A stretch of DNA of 64,000 nucleotides from Fidelibacterota bacterium (GCA_046861395.1 JBHHUC010000002.1:1-64000); one strand, 5' to 3'. Positions 9,736-20,581 are shown, counted from the first letter of the stretch. The notes: generated from the sequence alone by a model not told the origin. Translations and numbers: made by a program.

Positions 9736-10599
9736 ATGTGGAAGGATAAAGCAATCCGAATCCTTCTCTGGGGAGCCGCTTCTACCAGCATTCTGGTCGT
9801 GGCTCTCATTTTTATTTTCCTGGGAAAAGAAGCTTTTTCCTTTATTGCCGATCCGGGTCTGGATCAGCTTTTCAGCCGGCACTGGATCCCTGTATCCTTT
9901 ACACAGGAACAGTACGGCATTTATCCCATGATTGTGGGATCGGCACTGATCACCATCCTGGCTACGGTAATCATGATTCCTTTCGGTGTTTTCGGGGCCC
10001 TGTACATCTCCGAATTTGCCTCGTACACGGAGCGGGAAATCCTGAAACCGTTCATTGAAATACTGGCGGGTATTCCTTCCGTTGTCATTGGCTTTTTCGG
10101 TCTGATTGTCCTGAGTCCCATGGTGAAAAACCTTTTCGGTCTGGACACCGGACTCACAGCTCTGACGGGAGCATTACTCCTGGCCTTGATGGCCATACCC
10201 ACGGTTATTTCCATTTCCGAGGATGCCATCCGGAGTGTTCCCCGGGCCTATAAAGAGGCCAGCCTGGCACTGGGAGCCAGTCATTTACAGACCTCGTTCC
10301 GGGTCGTTACACCGGCCGCCCTGCCGGGAATCATTGCCGCCATCATGCTGGGGATGGGACGGGTCGTGGGCGAAACCATGGTCGTCCTCATGGTTACCGG
10401 AAACGCTGCAAAAATCACACTGTCCCCCTTTGATTCGGTACGCACCATGACGGCAACCATAGCTGCTGAAATGGGCGAAGTGGCTTTCGGAAGTACCCAT
10501 TATGCCGCTTTATTCTGGGTCGGGATCGTTCTTCTGATTACAACCTTCGGATTGAATATGGTCGCCCAGCATGTTCTCAAGAAATACCAAATGCGGTAA
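9736..10599 (+). CDS. pstC: Phosphate ABC transporter permease PstC
   Basis: IEILAGIPSVVIGFFG, EASLALGA, GRVVGETM. Confidence 0.93.
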   Translation: MWKDKAIRILLWGAASTSILVVALIFIFLGKEAFSFIADPGLDQLFSRHWIPVSFTQEQYGIYPMIVGSALITILATVIMIPFGVFGALYISEFASYTEREILKPFIEILAGIPSVVIGFFGLIVLSPMVKNLFGLDTGLTALTGALLLALMAIPTVISISEDAIRSVPRAYKEASLALGASHLQTSFRVVTPAALPGIIAAIMLGMGRVVGETMVVLMVTGNAAKITLSPFDSVRTMTATIAAEMGEVAFGSTHYAALFWVGIVLLITTFGLNMVAQHVLKKYQMR

Positions 10600-10602
10600 C
10601 CC

Positions 10603-11454
10603 ATGAATCAATCGAAAAAGGAATTCTTCATTGTCTGGATAATCCGCCTGATTACCTACAGCGTAGTTGGCGTCATCGGGTATATTATATTCGATATTAT
10701 CCGCAACGGACTCCCGGCTATTAGTTGGGAATTTCTGACGGACTTACCCCGTCGCAGCGGTGCCGAAGGAGGAATCCTTCCGGCCATTCTGGGCACCATT
10801 TATCTGGTGTCGGGAGCCGTCCTGGTCGCCATCCCCATAGGAATGGCAACGGCCATTTACCTCACGGAATATGCCCGGCAGGACCGCTTCAATCGTTTGT
10901 TGCGTCTGGCCATCGTAACCCTGGCCGGCGTTCCTTCCATTGTCTTCGGGTTATTCGGACTGGGATTATTTGTAATTTTCTTCGGTTTCGGAGCCTCCAT
11001 TCTCTCCGGCAGCCTTACCTTGGCATTCATGATCCTCCCCACCATCATTGTTTCCAGCGAAGAATCACTCCGGGCTGTCCCGCTGGCCCTGCGGGAAGGG
11101 AGTCTGGCCCTGGGGGCAACCAAGTGGCAGACCATTTACACCAATGTCCTGCCTTATGCCTTGCCGGGCATGTTTACCGGCTCCATTCTCGGTATCGGTC
11201 GGGCAGCTGGTGAAACGGCGCCTATTCTGCTGACGGCCGCCGCTTTTTTCCTGCCCCGTTTACCCTCTTCCATTTTAGATCAGGTAATGGCACTGCCCTA
11301 TCATCTATACATTCTGGCCACGCAGCATCCGGAAGTGCAAAAAGTCCTACCCAAACAATACGGTACGGCGCTGGTTCTGTTGTCACTGGTCCTGTTTTTC
11401 AATTTGGCGGCGATTTTTCTAAGACGACATTTCAGGAAAAAATATATATGGTAA
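10603..11454 (+). CDS. pstA: Phosphate ABC transporter permease PstA
   Basis: [32 protein letters not shown]. Confidence 0.93.
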   Translation: MNQSKKEFFIVWIIRLITYSVVGVIGYIIFDIIRNGLPAISWEFLTDLPRRSGAEGGILPAILGTIYLVSGAVLVAIPIGMATAIYLTEYARQDRFNRLLRLAIVTLAGVPSIVFGLFGLGLFVIFFGFGASILSGSLTLAFMILPTIIVSSEESLRAVPLALREGSLALGATKWQTIYTNVLPYALPGMFTGSILGIGRAAGETAPILLTAAAFFLPRLPSSILDQVMALPYHLYILATQHPEVQKVLPKQYGTALVLLSLVLFFNLAAIFLRRHFRKKYIW

Positions 11455-12218
11455 ATCATGCAATAAAACTGGAAGCACGACAACTGGATTTCTATTACGG
11501 AAATACCCAGGCCTTGTTTGATATCAATCTTCAGATACCCGAAAATCAGGTCACGGCCTTGATCGGGCCGTCCGGCTGCGGTAAATCAACCTTTCTGCGC
11601 ATGTATAATCGTATGAATGACATCATACCTGGTACCCGGCATACGGGTGGTGTATTTATCGATCTGGAAGATATTTATACTGGAAAAGGTCCTGCTGACA
11701 TCGTGGCCCTGCGGAAAAAAGTGGGCATGGTGTTTCAGAAATCCAATCCGTTCCCAAAATCCATTTGGGAAAACGTCGCCTACGGTCCGAAAATCCATGG
11801 GTTGAAAGATATGGATCAACTGGAAGCCATTGTGGAAAAAAGCCTGAAAGGAGCAGCATTGTGGGAGGAAGTGTCCGACCGGCTGGAACTGAATGCCCAT
11901 GAATTATCCGGTGGACAACAACAGCGGCTATGTATCGCTCGGGCCCTGGCGGTGGAACCGGAAATCCTTCTCATGGATGAACCGGCCTCAGCACTGGATC
12001 CAAAATCGACATCGCGAATTGAAAATCTGATTATGGAATTACGGGAGAATTATACCATCGTAATCGTAACGCATAACATGCAACAGGCCGCCCGCATCTC
12101 TGACTATACCGCCTTTTTCTATGAAGGCCGAGTTGTTGAATTTGCCGAAACGACAAAAATATTTACCAATCCTGACAAACAACAAACCGAAGATTACATC
12201 ACCGGCCGGTTTGGGTAA
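11448..12218 (+). CDS. pstB: Phosphate ABC transporter ATP-binding protein
   Basis: [41 protein letters not shown]. Confidence 0.96.
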   Translation: MVNHAIKLEARQLDFYYGNTQALFDINLQIPENQVTALIGPSGCGKSTFLRMYNRMNDIIPGTRHTGGVFIDLEDIYTGKGPADIVALRKKVGMVFQKSNPFPKSIWENVAYGPKIHGLKDMDQLEAIVEKSLKGAALWEEVSDRLELNAHELSGGQQQRLCIARALAVEPEILLMDEPASALDPKSTSRIENLIMELRENYTIVIVTHNMQQAARISDYTAFFYEGRVVEFAETTKIFTNPDKQQTEDYITGRFG

Positions 12219-12227
12219 GGAGAAATC

Positions 12228-12884
12228 ATGACCATTCATTTTGAACGGGAAATCACCGATCTCAAGAAAAACGTATTACTGCTGGGATCGTTGGTGGAAG
12301 AAAGTCTGGATCAGGCCCGGGAAGCCCTCCTGGAACGGGATCACCGACTGGCCAAACAGGTCATCAAAGCAGATGAACGCATCGACATGAAAGAAATTGA
12401 GATCGAAGAGGATTGCCTGAAAATTCTGGCCCTCCACCAGCCCGTTGCTACCGACCTCCGATTCGTGGTATCGGTATTGAAGATCAACAACGACCTGGAA
12501 CGGATTGGTGATCTGGCCACCGGAATTGCCCGACGGGTAAAAGCCCTGGCGGATAAACCGGAAATTCTCATCCCCGATACCATATCCGAAATGGCTTATC
12601 TGGCCCGGGACATGGTCAAGCAAAGCCTCGATGCCCTGGTGAACCTGGATTATGCCCAGGCGGAAGCCGTCATTAACCGTGACCGAAAAATGGACAAACT
12701 GCACCGGTCCATGTATGCCTTTACCTATGAGAAAATCGCCAATGACCGGGAACGATCTCCGGCCTGGATGGAAGTCATTACCATTTCACGATTCCTGGAA
12801 CGCATTGCCGACCATTCCACCAACATCGCTGAGGATGTTATTTACCTCATCAACGGTGAAATTATCCGACACAGCGATTTATAA
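12228..12884 (+). CDS. phoU: Phosphate signalling protein PhoU
   Basis: QPVATDLR, DLERIGDLA, LERIADHSTNIAE. Confidence 0.95.
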   Translation: MTIHFEREITDLKKNVLLLGSLVEESLDQAREALLERDHRLAKQVIKADERIDMKEIEIEEDCLKILALHQPVATDLRFVVSVLKINNDLERIGDLATGIARRVKALADKPEILIPDTISEMAYLARDMVKQSLDALVNLDYAQAEAVINRDRKMDKLHRSMYAFTYEKIANDRERSPAWMEVITISRFLERIADHSTNIAEDVIYLINGEIIRHSDL

Positions 12885-12983
12885 ACCACCATCTTTTATT
12901 CCATCTGGCATGGATTAATCCCAAATTCGGACTGGATTATCCTCTTTTAATCATCATTCTCAACCACTTGCTCGGGGGACGGC

Positions 12984-13656
12984 ATGAAATTTCGATCGAT
13001 TATCGCAACTAACCATTGGCTGGTTGTATTCGGAGCGGTTCTTATTCAGCTTTGTCTGGGAGCGATTTACGCCTGGTCCGTGTTTACACCGTCGTTGGTC
13101 GCCGCCGGTTGGACGAAAGCGCAAACCCAGACGGTTTTCAGTATGGGACTCTTCTTTTTTGCCATCGTGATGGTCCTGGCCGGTCGCATCATGCCCATCT
13201 GGGGTCCCAGACGTGTGGCCCTGTTTGGTGGCATCGTGCTGGGACTGGGATATACCTGTGCCGGTTTGTTCGGTGGGAGCGATTTTATATCTCTGCTCTT
13301 CTTCATCGGTGTCGTGGGCGGTTCCGGTATTGGCTTGGCCTATGTCGTGCCCATTGCCGTGGGAATGCGCTGGTTCCCCGACAAAAAAGGACTGATTACG
13401 TGATTGGCGGTGGCCGGCTTCGGGTTCGGTGCTACACTCTGGGTGAAAATGGCCGGATCCTGGGGGAATTTGATCCAGACCTATGGATTGAATACGACGT
13501 TCACACTGTATGGGATTGTGTTTCTGGTGGCCATTTCTTTCGGCAGTATCTGGATGTTATTTCCCCCTGGCCTTCACCATTTGCGGCGGGCTCTGTCTGG
13601 TGGCGGCGGTAATCATGTTCAACCTCAAGCCCCTCCGAGGAGCTGCCATCCACTAG
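12984..13656 (+). pseudogene. OFA (oxalate/formate antiporter-like) MFS transporter pseudogene with a nonsense codon and a large internal deletion
   Basis: QLCLGAIYAWSVF and WFPDKKGLIT*LAVAGFG (TGA 13401-13403 at a normally Gly position); after ~13560 another frame gives a last TM helix FPLAFTICGGLCLVAAVIMFNLKP ending TAG 13654-13656. Confidence 0.8.
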
Positions 13657-14912
13657 AAATGATAGGTCAGTCCCAGGCGGTAATGGGAAAAATCCTCCAG
13701 GGCGGTAAACGGATAGTCCGGTTTATTCTCATCCCCCATTAGCGTGGTTATTCCCAGGGACATCTGCCAATTTTCGAGGGGGGAATAGTCGGTTGTCAAT
13801 CCCAGCATTTTTCCCTGTTCATCCAAATCATAAAAGGTAGTCAATCCGATTTCCAAGGCATTGTCCAGCAAGGTGGCTTTGGCACCGGCCATGATACCAT
13901 TGTCGGCCAACATGGCAAAGGGCGTCCCCATTCCCGGTTGGAAATAATCTTTCGTCAAAGGAATCAATGACGGTGGCTGGTTTGGCGGCAGTAGCAACAG
14001 TTCACCGCTGACATCCAATATTTTTGACCGTATCCACTGACCGGTAAACTGGATGTCCAGCACTCCGGTGAATTCCAGCTGGGAAACCAATTGGTAATAG
14101 GTCGCAGCCGAAGGAATTTGCCAGTCTTCATCCCTGGTATCGAAATAGGCACCTTCGATGCGATAGGTAAGTTCGCCCAGGAAACCCACTGCATCGGCGC
14201 CATAGACCTGGGTCCGACGGTAACCGAAGTTGGGAATCATGACATCCGGAGCCGGGTTCAGCAGGGCGGATGGAACGAAAGTCCTGTCATGTCCGCGGAA
14301 ATAACTGACGGTAACATCGGTTTCGCCGATGATGGTTCCCAGCCGCAATCCGAATTCCCATTCATTATCCGGCGTTAGAATCAGTTCATCGGCCGGTTTT
14401 TCAATGGGAATAAAATCAAAATCCGGTTCATTGAACGGCATCCGGTTGGCCTGAAATTTTGGACTGATGACCGTTTCCAGTTGAAACATATCCGTCACCC
14501 AGGTAACAGAGGCCAGTATGGTTCCCATTTTCCGGTCCGTCCCCGGGAGAAACATGAAATAATAATCATAGGGGTTAACATTGTCGGTAGGATTGTTCCC
14601 GTCGGCTCCGCCCCAGACCAAAATCTGCTTTCCCACTTTAATCTCACCCCATTCAGGATACCAGATCGCATAAAGTTCCCGTACATCCACCTCCAGAGTT
14701 GTAGAATTCCAGCGATGCTCCAGACTGACGGAGGACTTCAAATCCAATTCACTGAACGCCCAGCCGATATCTGCTGAAATAGACCGGGTGGGGAGCTGGA
14801 TAATTCCGCCGTCCGACTGACGGACCATGGCCATGGGTGCAACCTCACCGGTTATGTAGAATTGTCCCAGCAAGGGAACGAGACACACTGTACTAAGAAG
14901 GATATTTCGCAT
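13653..14912 (-). CDS. Outer-membrane beta-barrel protein (DUF1302-like)
   Basis: Signal peptide; RELYA...KVGKQILVWGGADGNNPTDNVNP motif; C-terminal LGLTYHF; SD GAGGTG before ATG 14912. Confidence 0.7.
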   Translation of the reverse strand: MRNILLSTVCLVPLLGQFYITGEVAPMAMVRQSDGGIIQLPTRSISADIGWAFSELDLKSSVSLEHRWNSTTLEVDVRELYAIWYPEWGEIKVGKQILVWGGADGNNPTDNVNPYDYYFMFLPGTDRKMGTILASVTWVTDMFQLETVISPKFQANRMPFNEPDFDFIPIEKPADELILTPDNEWEFGLRLGTIIGETDVTVSYFRGHDRTFVPSALLNPAPDVMIPNFGYRRTQVYGADAVGFLGELTYRIEGAYFDTRDEDWQIPSAATYYQLVSQLEFTGVLDIQFTGQWIRSKILDVSGELLLLPPNQPPSLIPLTKDYFQPGMGTPFAMLADNGIMAGAKATLLDNALEIGLTTFYDLDEQGKMLGLTTDYSPLENWQMSLGITTLMGDENKPDYPFTALEDFSHYRLGLTYHF

Positions 14913-14965
14913 TACTAACACCTCAGAGGTTTTGCGCAGAAAAAGGATCGTCCAAAATCGTCATC

Positions 14966-15280
14966 CTAGTCGCGAATCATTGTCAGCATCATTTTAAATT
15001 TCGTTACCGCCCTAACGGCATGGGGTTCATTGGCCGGCAAAATGATAATATTTCCGGATTGCAGGGAAAAATCCTTCCCGCTGATAGTAATGATGGTTTT
15101 ACCTTCCAGAACTTGTACCAGAGCATCATAAGGGGCCGAATGTTCACTGAGCCCCTGATGTTCTTCAAATGCGAACAGTGTAACGGTCCCCGTTTTCTTT
15201 TTCATAATCGTTGTACTCACAACCGATCCCGAATGATATCGGGCCAGGTCTGTGATTTTTTCTACGGTTGAATGATTCAT
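14966..15280 (-). CDS. Cupin domain protein
   Basis: VTLFAFEEHQGLSEHSAPYDALVQVLEG...PANEPHAV. Confidence 0.85.
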   Translation of the reverse strand: MNHSTVEKITDLARYHSGSVVSTTIMKKKTGTVTLFAFEEHQGLSEHSAPYDALVQVLEGKTIITISGKDFSLQSGNIIILPANEPHAVRAVTKFKMMLTMIRD

Positions 15281-15327
15281 ATTTATCTCACATTAAGGAT
15301 TAATGATAGTATTAAATGTCTTCTTCG

Positions 15328-16083
15328 TTATTGCGGCAGTCGTTTCAGATATTTTTCCTGAAAGAGTGATTCCTTCACCCCGGTATCCACTTCTATGTTA
15401 TCAAATGTAAGCAACGTGGAATGATTCTTCTGGACATTTTTTACAAAGATCTCCTGGGGCAGCGTGTATTTTCCCATCCTGTGGATGCGAATACGTTTGG
15501 TTTTAATGAGCTGTTGCGATCGATCGTATGATTCTTCCTTCACAATATTCAACTCATCAACCGTTATCCAGGTTTTATGATACGAGTAAGTGCTTCGCAA
15601 TTTGGGCTTGGGGCGGGATATAAGTATATAACATTCCTGACCATCCACAATTTTCCGGCCTTCCAGTTCATAGGTATAATCATCCAGGTCCCGGTTGGTC
15701 ATATCTTCATAACTCATATCGGATCCCATGAATGAATCCCCTTTTTTCTTGGATGAAATTCGCCGCACTTTCTTAAAAGCAGGCAACCAGAGACGCATTT
15801 CATCATCCTTGCCCTCATGTTCAATTTTCAGAAAGGAAACACCTCGGTCATCCTTGGGGGACAAGAACCAGATGATCTGCTTTTTCCCATCTTCGAGGGT
15901 AATGCTACGGATTTCCGAAGTGCGGGTCTTCCCCGCTGTATTGGTGAGAATCATTTTCAAATTGGCTTTCATGTCCCGAGGCTTCACCTTTTCCTGCAAT
16001 GCTTTCGCAATTTCGAATCCGGTTTGACCAGACAGGAGGGAAACCATCAGAAAGCCGGCAAACAGTGGAATGAATTTTTTCAT
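15328..16083 (-). CDS. LolA-like outer membrane lipoprotein-sorting protein
   Basis: FLSPKDDRGVSFL, LWLPAFKKVRRI, SFMGSDMSYEDM motifs; signal peptide. Confidence 0.85.
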   Translation of the reverse strand: MKKFIPLFAGFLMVSLLSGQTGFEIAKALQEKVKPRDMKANLKMILTNTAGKTRTSEIRSITLEDGKKQIIWFLSPKDDRGVSFLKIEHEGKDDEMRLWLPAFKKVRRISSKKKGDSFMGSDMSYEDMTNRDLDDYTYELEGRKIVDGQECYILISRPKPKLRSTYSYHKTWITVDELNIVKEESYDRSQQLIKTKRIRIHRMGKYTLPQEIFVKNVQKNHSTLLTFDNIEVDTGVKESLFQEKYLKRLPQ

Positions 16084-16094
16084 TATTTTCCTCC

Positions 16095-18389
16095 CTATAT
16101 TTTTTCTGCCAGACGACTGCGCATGAGTGATATCAATGTCGCCAGGAGCGTGAGGGTTCCAACCGATGTTGAAAACATGGCAAAAACCATTAACCCGCCA
16201 ATATATTCCACCGGAACAAAGGATGAAAAGATCAACGCGGCAAACCCCAGTGATGAAGCGGCATTGAGAATGATGGGATAGCCAACATCCTTGATGACAT
16301 CATGGCTCAGGTTGGGTACATTGCCATATTTTCGCAAATAATGTTTATACTGAGCAATATAGTGAATGGCAAAATCGACACCCACACCAATGATGATAGA
16401 ACTGAGTAAGGCGGTTACATGACTGAGTTCAACCCCGAACAACCCCATCAAGCCGAAATTGAGTATTATGGCGGCTGACAGAGGAATCACCGCCAGCACG
16501 GCCCAGATAAAGCGACGGAAAAATACCCAGGCGATAAGAAAAACCACCAGGACGGATAAGGCAATACTCATAAAGGAACTGCGTATGACGATATATATGA
16601 AATCCCGCATGATTACGACCAGTCCTGTCGTCTCCGTCTTAAAGTTATCATTGCTGAGCGGTTCCAAAAAACCATTCAGGTCATCCGTTAGTTTCCAGAC
16701 CATGCTGGTAGAGAAATCACGGATCAGGGCCGTGACCAATCCCCGCGTATAATCATAATCCACCAGAGAACTGAAATCGTCCGGGTCACCTGACATGGAA
16801 TAGAGTGTAAATAAATTATTGACTTTATCCCGGCTGTCAGGAATGACTTCATAGGCCTTGTCATCATCCATGACCGTACGGTGCAATTGTTTTATGATAT
16901 CGGCAATTGAGATTGTGGTCGTAATATTGGGCGATTCTTCCAGAAAGGATTGCATGCGTTCTATTTTCCGTAAAACCACCGGGTCCTTCATATCGCCCAC
17001 AACTTCCACTTCCAGATCATAAGCTCCGGTCATTTCTTCATCTATGAAATCAAAGCTATTGCGAATGGGTGTACCCGGTTTAAAGAAATTCGCCGGGTTT
17101 ACCTCTATTTTCAAGAGTGTTATGCCATACGCACCGATAAGAATTGCTAGAATCCCCAGAGAAAACACTTTTTTTGGATGTTGCAATACCTGGTCTCCGA
17201 AACGAACACTGAGATCGTCAAAGATGCTGTTTTTATCAATGCTTGTTGAGGACAGGTTCCATTTTTTCAGATATATCACAGCCGGGAGATAGTACACCGA
17301 TAAAAACCAGGCCCAGCCAATACCGAAACTGATCGTTAATCCATATCCTAAAAACTGTTCGATCGGAGCAAAGCCAATGGATAGAAAAGCGGCAATCGTG
17401 GTTATGCTCGTGAGAAAAATCGGCAACATCAGGGTGTTCATTGTTGTTTTTAAAGCCCGGTGCGGATGCCCCTGTTTACGTGCTTCCCGCAGAAACTTGG
17501 TCAATACATGAACACCGTCGGCCACCGCAATCGTCAGCAGGATAATTGGCATGGAAGAATTGATGATTCCAAAGAAAAAACGCCTCGATCCTGTAAACCA
17601 GGTAATCCAGCCCATGAATCCCAGCATCGCCAACAATGACAATAGGATAACCGATAACATCATGAGAACGGCCGGAATACTGCGCAGGTTGGCAATCAAA
17701 ATGATTACCATAATAATAAGTCCAACCCGCACCAGACGCATTACATCGTTACGAATCAGAGGTGGTGTAACGCTGGTGACATAGGTAATACCGCCAAAGT
17801 GTACATCCCAGTCCCGCAACATGTATTCCGCTACCGGAACAACTTCCTTCCCGAATTCTTCCGCCGTGACATTGCGCACCGGTTGAATCACAACATTGAG
17901 ATAATCTCCGTGTCGCCCGACAAGCCGGATCGCCATGTCATTATTTTTCGCCAGGTACTCCTTGATGCTGATTATATCCTCTTCGGACAAATCCCGGTAT
18001 GGTTGCAGATCACCAGTTTCCAAAAACCCGTCTTCATTATCGATCCGGATCAACGTGGACACACACAAGACATCTTCCACGGATGGCAGGGTCTGGAGGG
18101 TATCCACCATATCCCACAGGGCGGCCAAAGCATCAGCATTGATGATATCCGTATTCTTCTTCCCAAAGGCAACGAAGATCCGTTCGGTGGAACCATATTG
18201 ATCCAGGATTCTTTCCCAGACTTTCTTCGATTGAATCGTATCCGGAATCAGACCCATGAAATCATCATCCAGAACCATAAAGGGAATACCGCTGGCGATG
18301 ATGGCTGTCAGCAGTAAACTGATAATTACCGATCGTTTCGGGTGAGACGTCATCTGTTCCAGAAACCATTTTTTCACTATATTAGCCAT
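16095..18389 (-). CDS. MMPL/RND-superfamily transporter
   Basis: Two pseudo-repeats with IAVADGVH and GVGVDFAIH TM motifs, LTSITTIAAF. Confidence 0.88.
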   Translation of the reverse strand: MANIVKKWFLEQMTSHPKRSVIISLLLTAIIASGIPFMVLDDDFMGLIPDTIQSKKVWERILDQYGSTERIFVAFGKKNTDIINADALAALWDMVDTLQTLPSVEDVLCVSTLIRIDNEDGFLETGDLQPYRDLSEEDIISIKEYLAKNNDMAIRLVGRHGDYLNVVIQPVRNVTAEEFGKEVVPVAEYMLRDWDVHFGGITYVTSVTPPLIRNDVMRLVRVGLIIMVIILIANLRSIPAVLMMLSVILLSLLAMLGFMGWITWFTGSRRFFFGIINSSMPIILLTIAVADGVHVLTKFLREARKQGHPHRALKTTMNTLMLPIFLTSITTIAAFLSIGFAPIEQFLGYGLTISFGIGWAWFLSVYYLPAVIYLKKWNLSSTSIDKNSIFDDLSVRFGDQVLQHPKKVFSLGILAILIGAYGITLLKIEVNPANFFKPGTPIRNSFDFIDEEMTGAYDLEVEVVGDMKDPVVLRKIERMQSFLEESPNITTTISIADIIKQLHRTVMDDDKAYEVIPDSRDKVNNLFTLYSMSGDPDDFSSLVDYDYTRGLVTALIRDFSTSMVWKLTDDLNGFLEPLSNDNFKTETTGLVVIMRDFIYIVIRSSFMSIALSVLVVFLIAWVFFRRFIWAVLAVIPLSAAIILNFGLMGLFGVELSHVTALLSSIIIGVGVDFAIHYIAQYKHYLRKYGNVPNLSHDVIKDVGYPIILNAASSLGFAALIFSSFVPVEYIGGLMVFAMFSTSVGTLTLLATLISLMRSRLAEKI

Positions 18390-18990
18390 GTGCCATTTCC
18401 TTCTTTACCTTCTTCCCCTGAGCCGTTAGAAATCCCTCCATGATCAAGTCAAAAAAGAGATCAAATAATTCAATAAAAGAAAGATTGTATTTTACCAATG
18501 TTTCAGGTTGAAAAATTTCATTGATGATGATCATCATGACCCCCGCCAGTTTATTAGCATCCTTTTCCCGGCTCACATATCCTTCCTCCTGTCCCTGCTG
18601 TAGAATAATGGCAAAATCATTTCGTCGTTCCTGGCGAAATGTTTCAATCCGGTGCCAGATTTCAGGATAACGGGCTTTGACTTCCACCATTTTTACGATT
18701 GAAATCCGGTGATTGATCTGGGCCAGAATATCCCGGATTTCCACCAGTTTCGCAATGGCATTTTTATCACTATTAATGATGTCCCGGAATCGCTTGCGGA
18801 CGTATTCCATGAAATAATCGAACATATTGTTGATTAAATCGGCTTTAGTGGGAAAATATTTATAAATGGTTTTCTTACTCATCCCGATGGTTTCCGCCAG
18901 ATAATCAACGGTAAAGAAACGCAGACCCACCTTCCGCAACAGGTCGAGGCCGGAATTCAGGATACGGTTCGGGGGATTTTGCATGCTCAT
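18382..18990 (-). CDS. TetR/AcrR family transcriptional regulator
   Basis: HTH TVDYLAETIGMSKKTIYKYFPTKADL; start probably ATG 18990 or 18984, because 18991-19024 is an operator-like palindrome. Confidence 0.88.
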   Translation of the reverse strand: MSMQNPPNRILNSGLDLLRKVGLRFFTVDYLAETIGMSKKTIYKYFPTKADLINNMFDYFMEYVRKRFRDIINSDKNAIAKLVEIRDILAQINHRISIVKMVEVKARYPEIWHRIETFRQERRNDFAIILQQGQEEGYVSREKDANKLAGVMMIIINEIFQPETLVKYNLSFIELFDLFFDLIMEGFLTAQGKKVKKEMAHG

Positions 18991-19024
18991 AATGGAAACG
19001 AAATTAGTATTATCCGTTTCCATT
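18991..19024. promoter_or_regulatory. Putative TetR operator palindrome
   Basis: AATGGAAACG-N14-CGTTTCCATT, a perfect 10-bp inverted repeat abutting the tetR start codon. Confidence 0.7.
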
Positions 19025-19035
19025 TATCAAGATTT

Positions 19036-20295
19036 CTAAAACACAAAACGAGCTGCCAGAAAATAATGGTCATTATTGGCAAAACGGCCAAAGGGAGTAC
19101 CGGTTCGTCCGGAAAGCAGTGTCAGTCCGGCCTGTATTTGAATTTGAGAGGAGTATTGCCAGGTGAATGATCCCTGCGTAAACCGACTGTTGTCGGTCAA
19201 ATCCATCAGTTGCCAGATTTCACACACCAGACTCAGTGCCGGCAAGGGTGCCCGGAAGGAAACGGTGGCTTCCCGGTCTGTCTGTCCGGCTGCTGCGGTC
19301 AACCCGCCTTCGCCGATGCGACGGTAAATCAACTGGCCGGCCACTTTCATTTGTCCCGGCATTCTGATTTCCAATCCCAGCATGCCCAGCCATCGTTCCC
19401 GGCGTAGTCGCGTTGTATTAAAATGATAGGTACTGTCAAAGGCCGGTGAAGAATTGATATAATAGGCAAACTGCCGACCGAATTCACCGGTTATGCTGAA
19501 CGGACCCCAAACTCGTTCCAAATCCAGTCCCAGCATATCCTGGCGGGGATGATCTTCATAATAGGAAACGGTCACATCAGAATTGGAATTTCCCGGTTCG
19601 CCCTGCCAGACCGTGCCGGTATAGACGGCAACAGGTTCATCCTGAAAACCGCTGAACCACATCAAGCGGTAGTCCGTTCCAGCCAGTCGTCCGGCCCAGC
19701 GAAGTCCTAGTTCATGGTTTGACGGATCCGGGTTCTTTCCCTTTTCCCACAGAACGGTATAGCTATCAATGAAGCGCACTTCAGCGGTGGGCGTGGACCA
19801 CGGTCCCCATGTCACAACCGGATCCTCAACATAGTGGGGTATCCAGATGATTTCCAGATCGTTCTCTCCCAGGGATGCTCGAGCCCGGATCAGGGGTAAT
19901 CCCTGACGAATATCCGCCTGCGACCAGGTATAAAAATACCGCCAATCCCGGGGATTAATGTGGTCAAGTAAAAATGTATATTGAGTCCGACCCCAGATCA
20001 CCTGCTGCACACCTGCTCGCAATCCGATATTTTGCCCCTGCCATTCGATATAGGCATTACGCAGGCGCCAGTACAACGCCGGTCGGCTAAACGTATCCTG
20101 GGTCAATTCACCTCCGGTCCGAATCGTGAAACCGGGCAGAGCAAATTCGGCATCCATACGCAGACGGTCGCGACGTTCCTGAAATTCTGATCCCGTCCCG
20201 GCTGGATTTGCCAACCAGTGTTCCGCGAAACCGGTGATCTGGGCCGATATGGGATGCAGTAACAAAATGACCAACAGCGTAATCGATGTTTTCAT
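19036..20295 (-). CDS. Second DUF1302-like outer-membrane beta-barrel
   Basis: LRNAYIEW...RAGVQQVIWGRT...DHINPRD; C-terminal LAARFVF; signal peptide from MKTSITLL (ATG 20295). Confidence 0.65.
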   Translation of the reverse strand: MKTSITLLVILLLHPISAQITGFAEHWLANPAGTGSEFQERRDRLRMDAEFALPGFTIRTGGELTQDTFSRPALYWRLRNAYIEWQGQNIGLRAGVQQVIWGRTQYTFLLDHINPRDWRYFYTWSQADIRQGLPLIRARASLGENDLEIIWIPHYVEDPVVTWGPWSTPTAEVRFIDSYTVLWEKGKNPDPSNHELGLRWAGRLAGTDYRLMWFSGFQDEPVAVYTGTVWQGEPGNSNSDVTVSYYEDHPRQDMLGLDLERVWGPFSITGEFGRQFAYYINSSPAFDSTYHFNTTRLRRERWLGMLGLEIRMPGQMKVAGQLIYRRIGEGGLTAAAGQTDREATVSFRAPLPALSLVCEIWQLMDLTDNSRFTQGSFTWQYSSQIQIQAGLTLLSGRTGTPFGRFANNDHYFLAARFVF

Positions 20296-20581
20296 GATCG
20301 GCAAATTTACTGGCAAAGACCGGTTCATCGTTGTTTGTTTATTCCATTGTTGGATTTCAATTCCAGCTCTGTTTTACTACCGCATTTACAATAATATCAT
20401 GAAAAACGTGACAGACTTACCGCCGGATTCCATCCTGGCAAAGGATCCTGGACCTCATGGTTACTTATAATCTCATTGTCAAGCCCCTTGATCACCAAAT
20501 AGATGAATGGATTCCTGTTTATTTCCTGCTGGCATGCCGGTGCTGCCAGTGATAATTTTCCCCGATACACTGTCATCATAG

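Noticed and set aside
13401..13403. In-frame TGA at a conserved Gly as evidence of UGA=Gly recoding or selenocysteine
   Set aside because: Many intact genes here end in TGA (pstS, thiN, cusA), the residue is not a Cys position, and the same gene also has a frameshifting deletion; a GGA-to-TGA nonsense change is simpler.
20330..20581. TPP riboswitch upstream of the thiN operon
   Set aside because: No CTGAGA or other TPP aptamer core is recognisable on either strand by eye.
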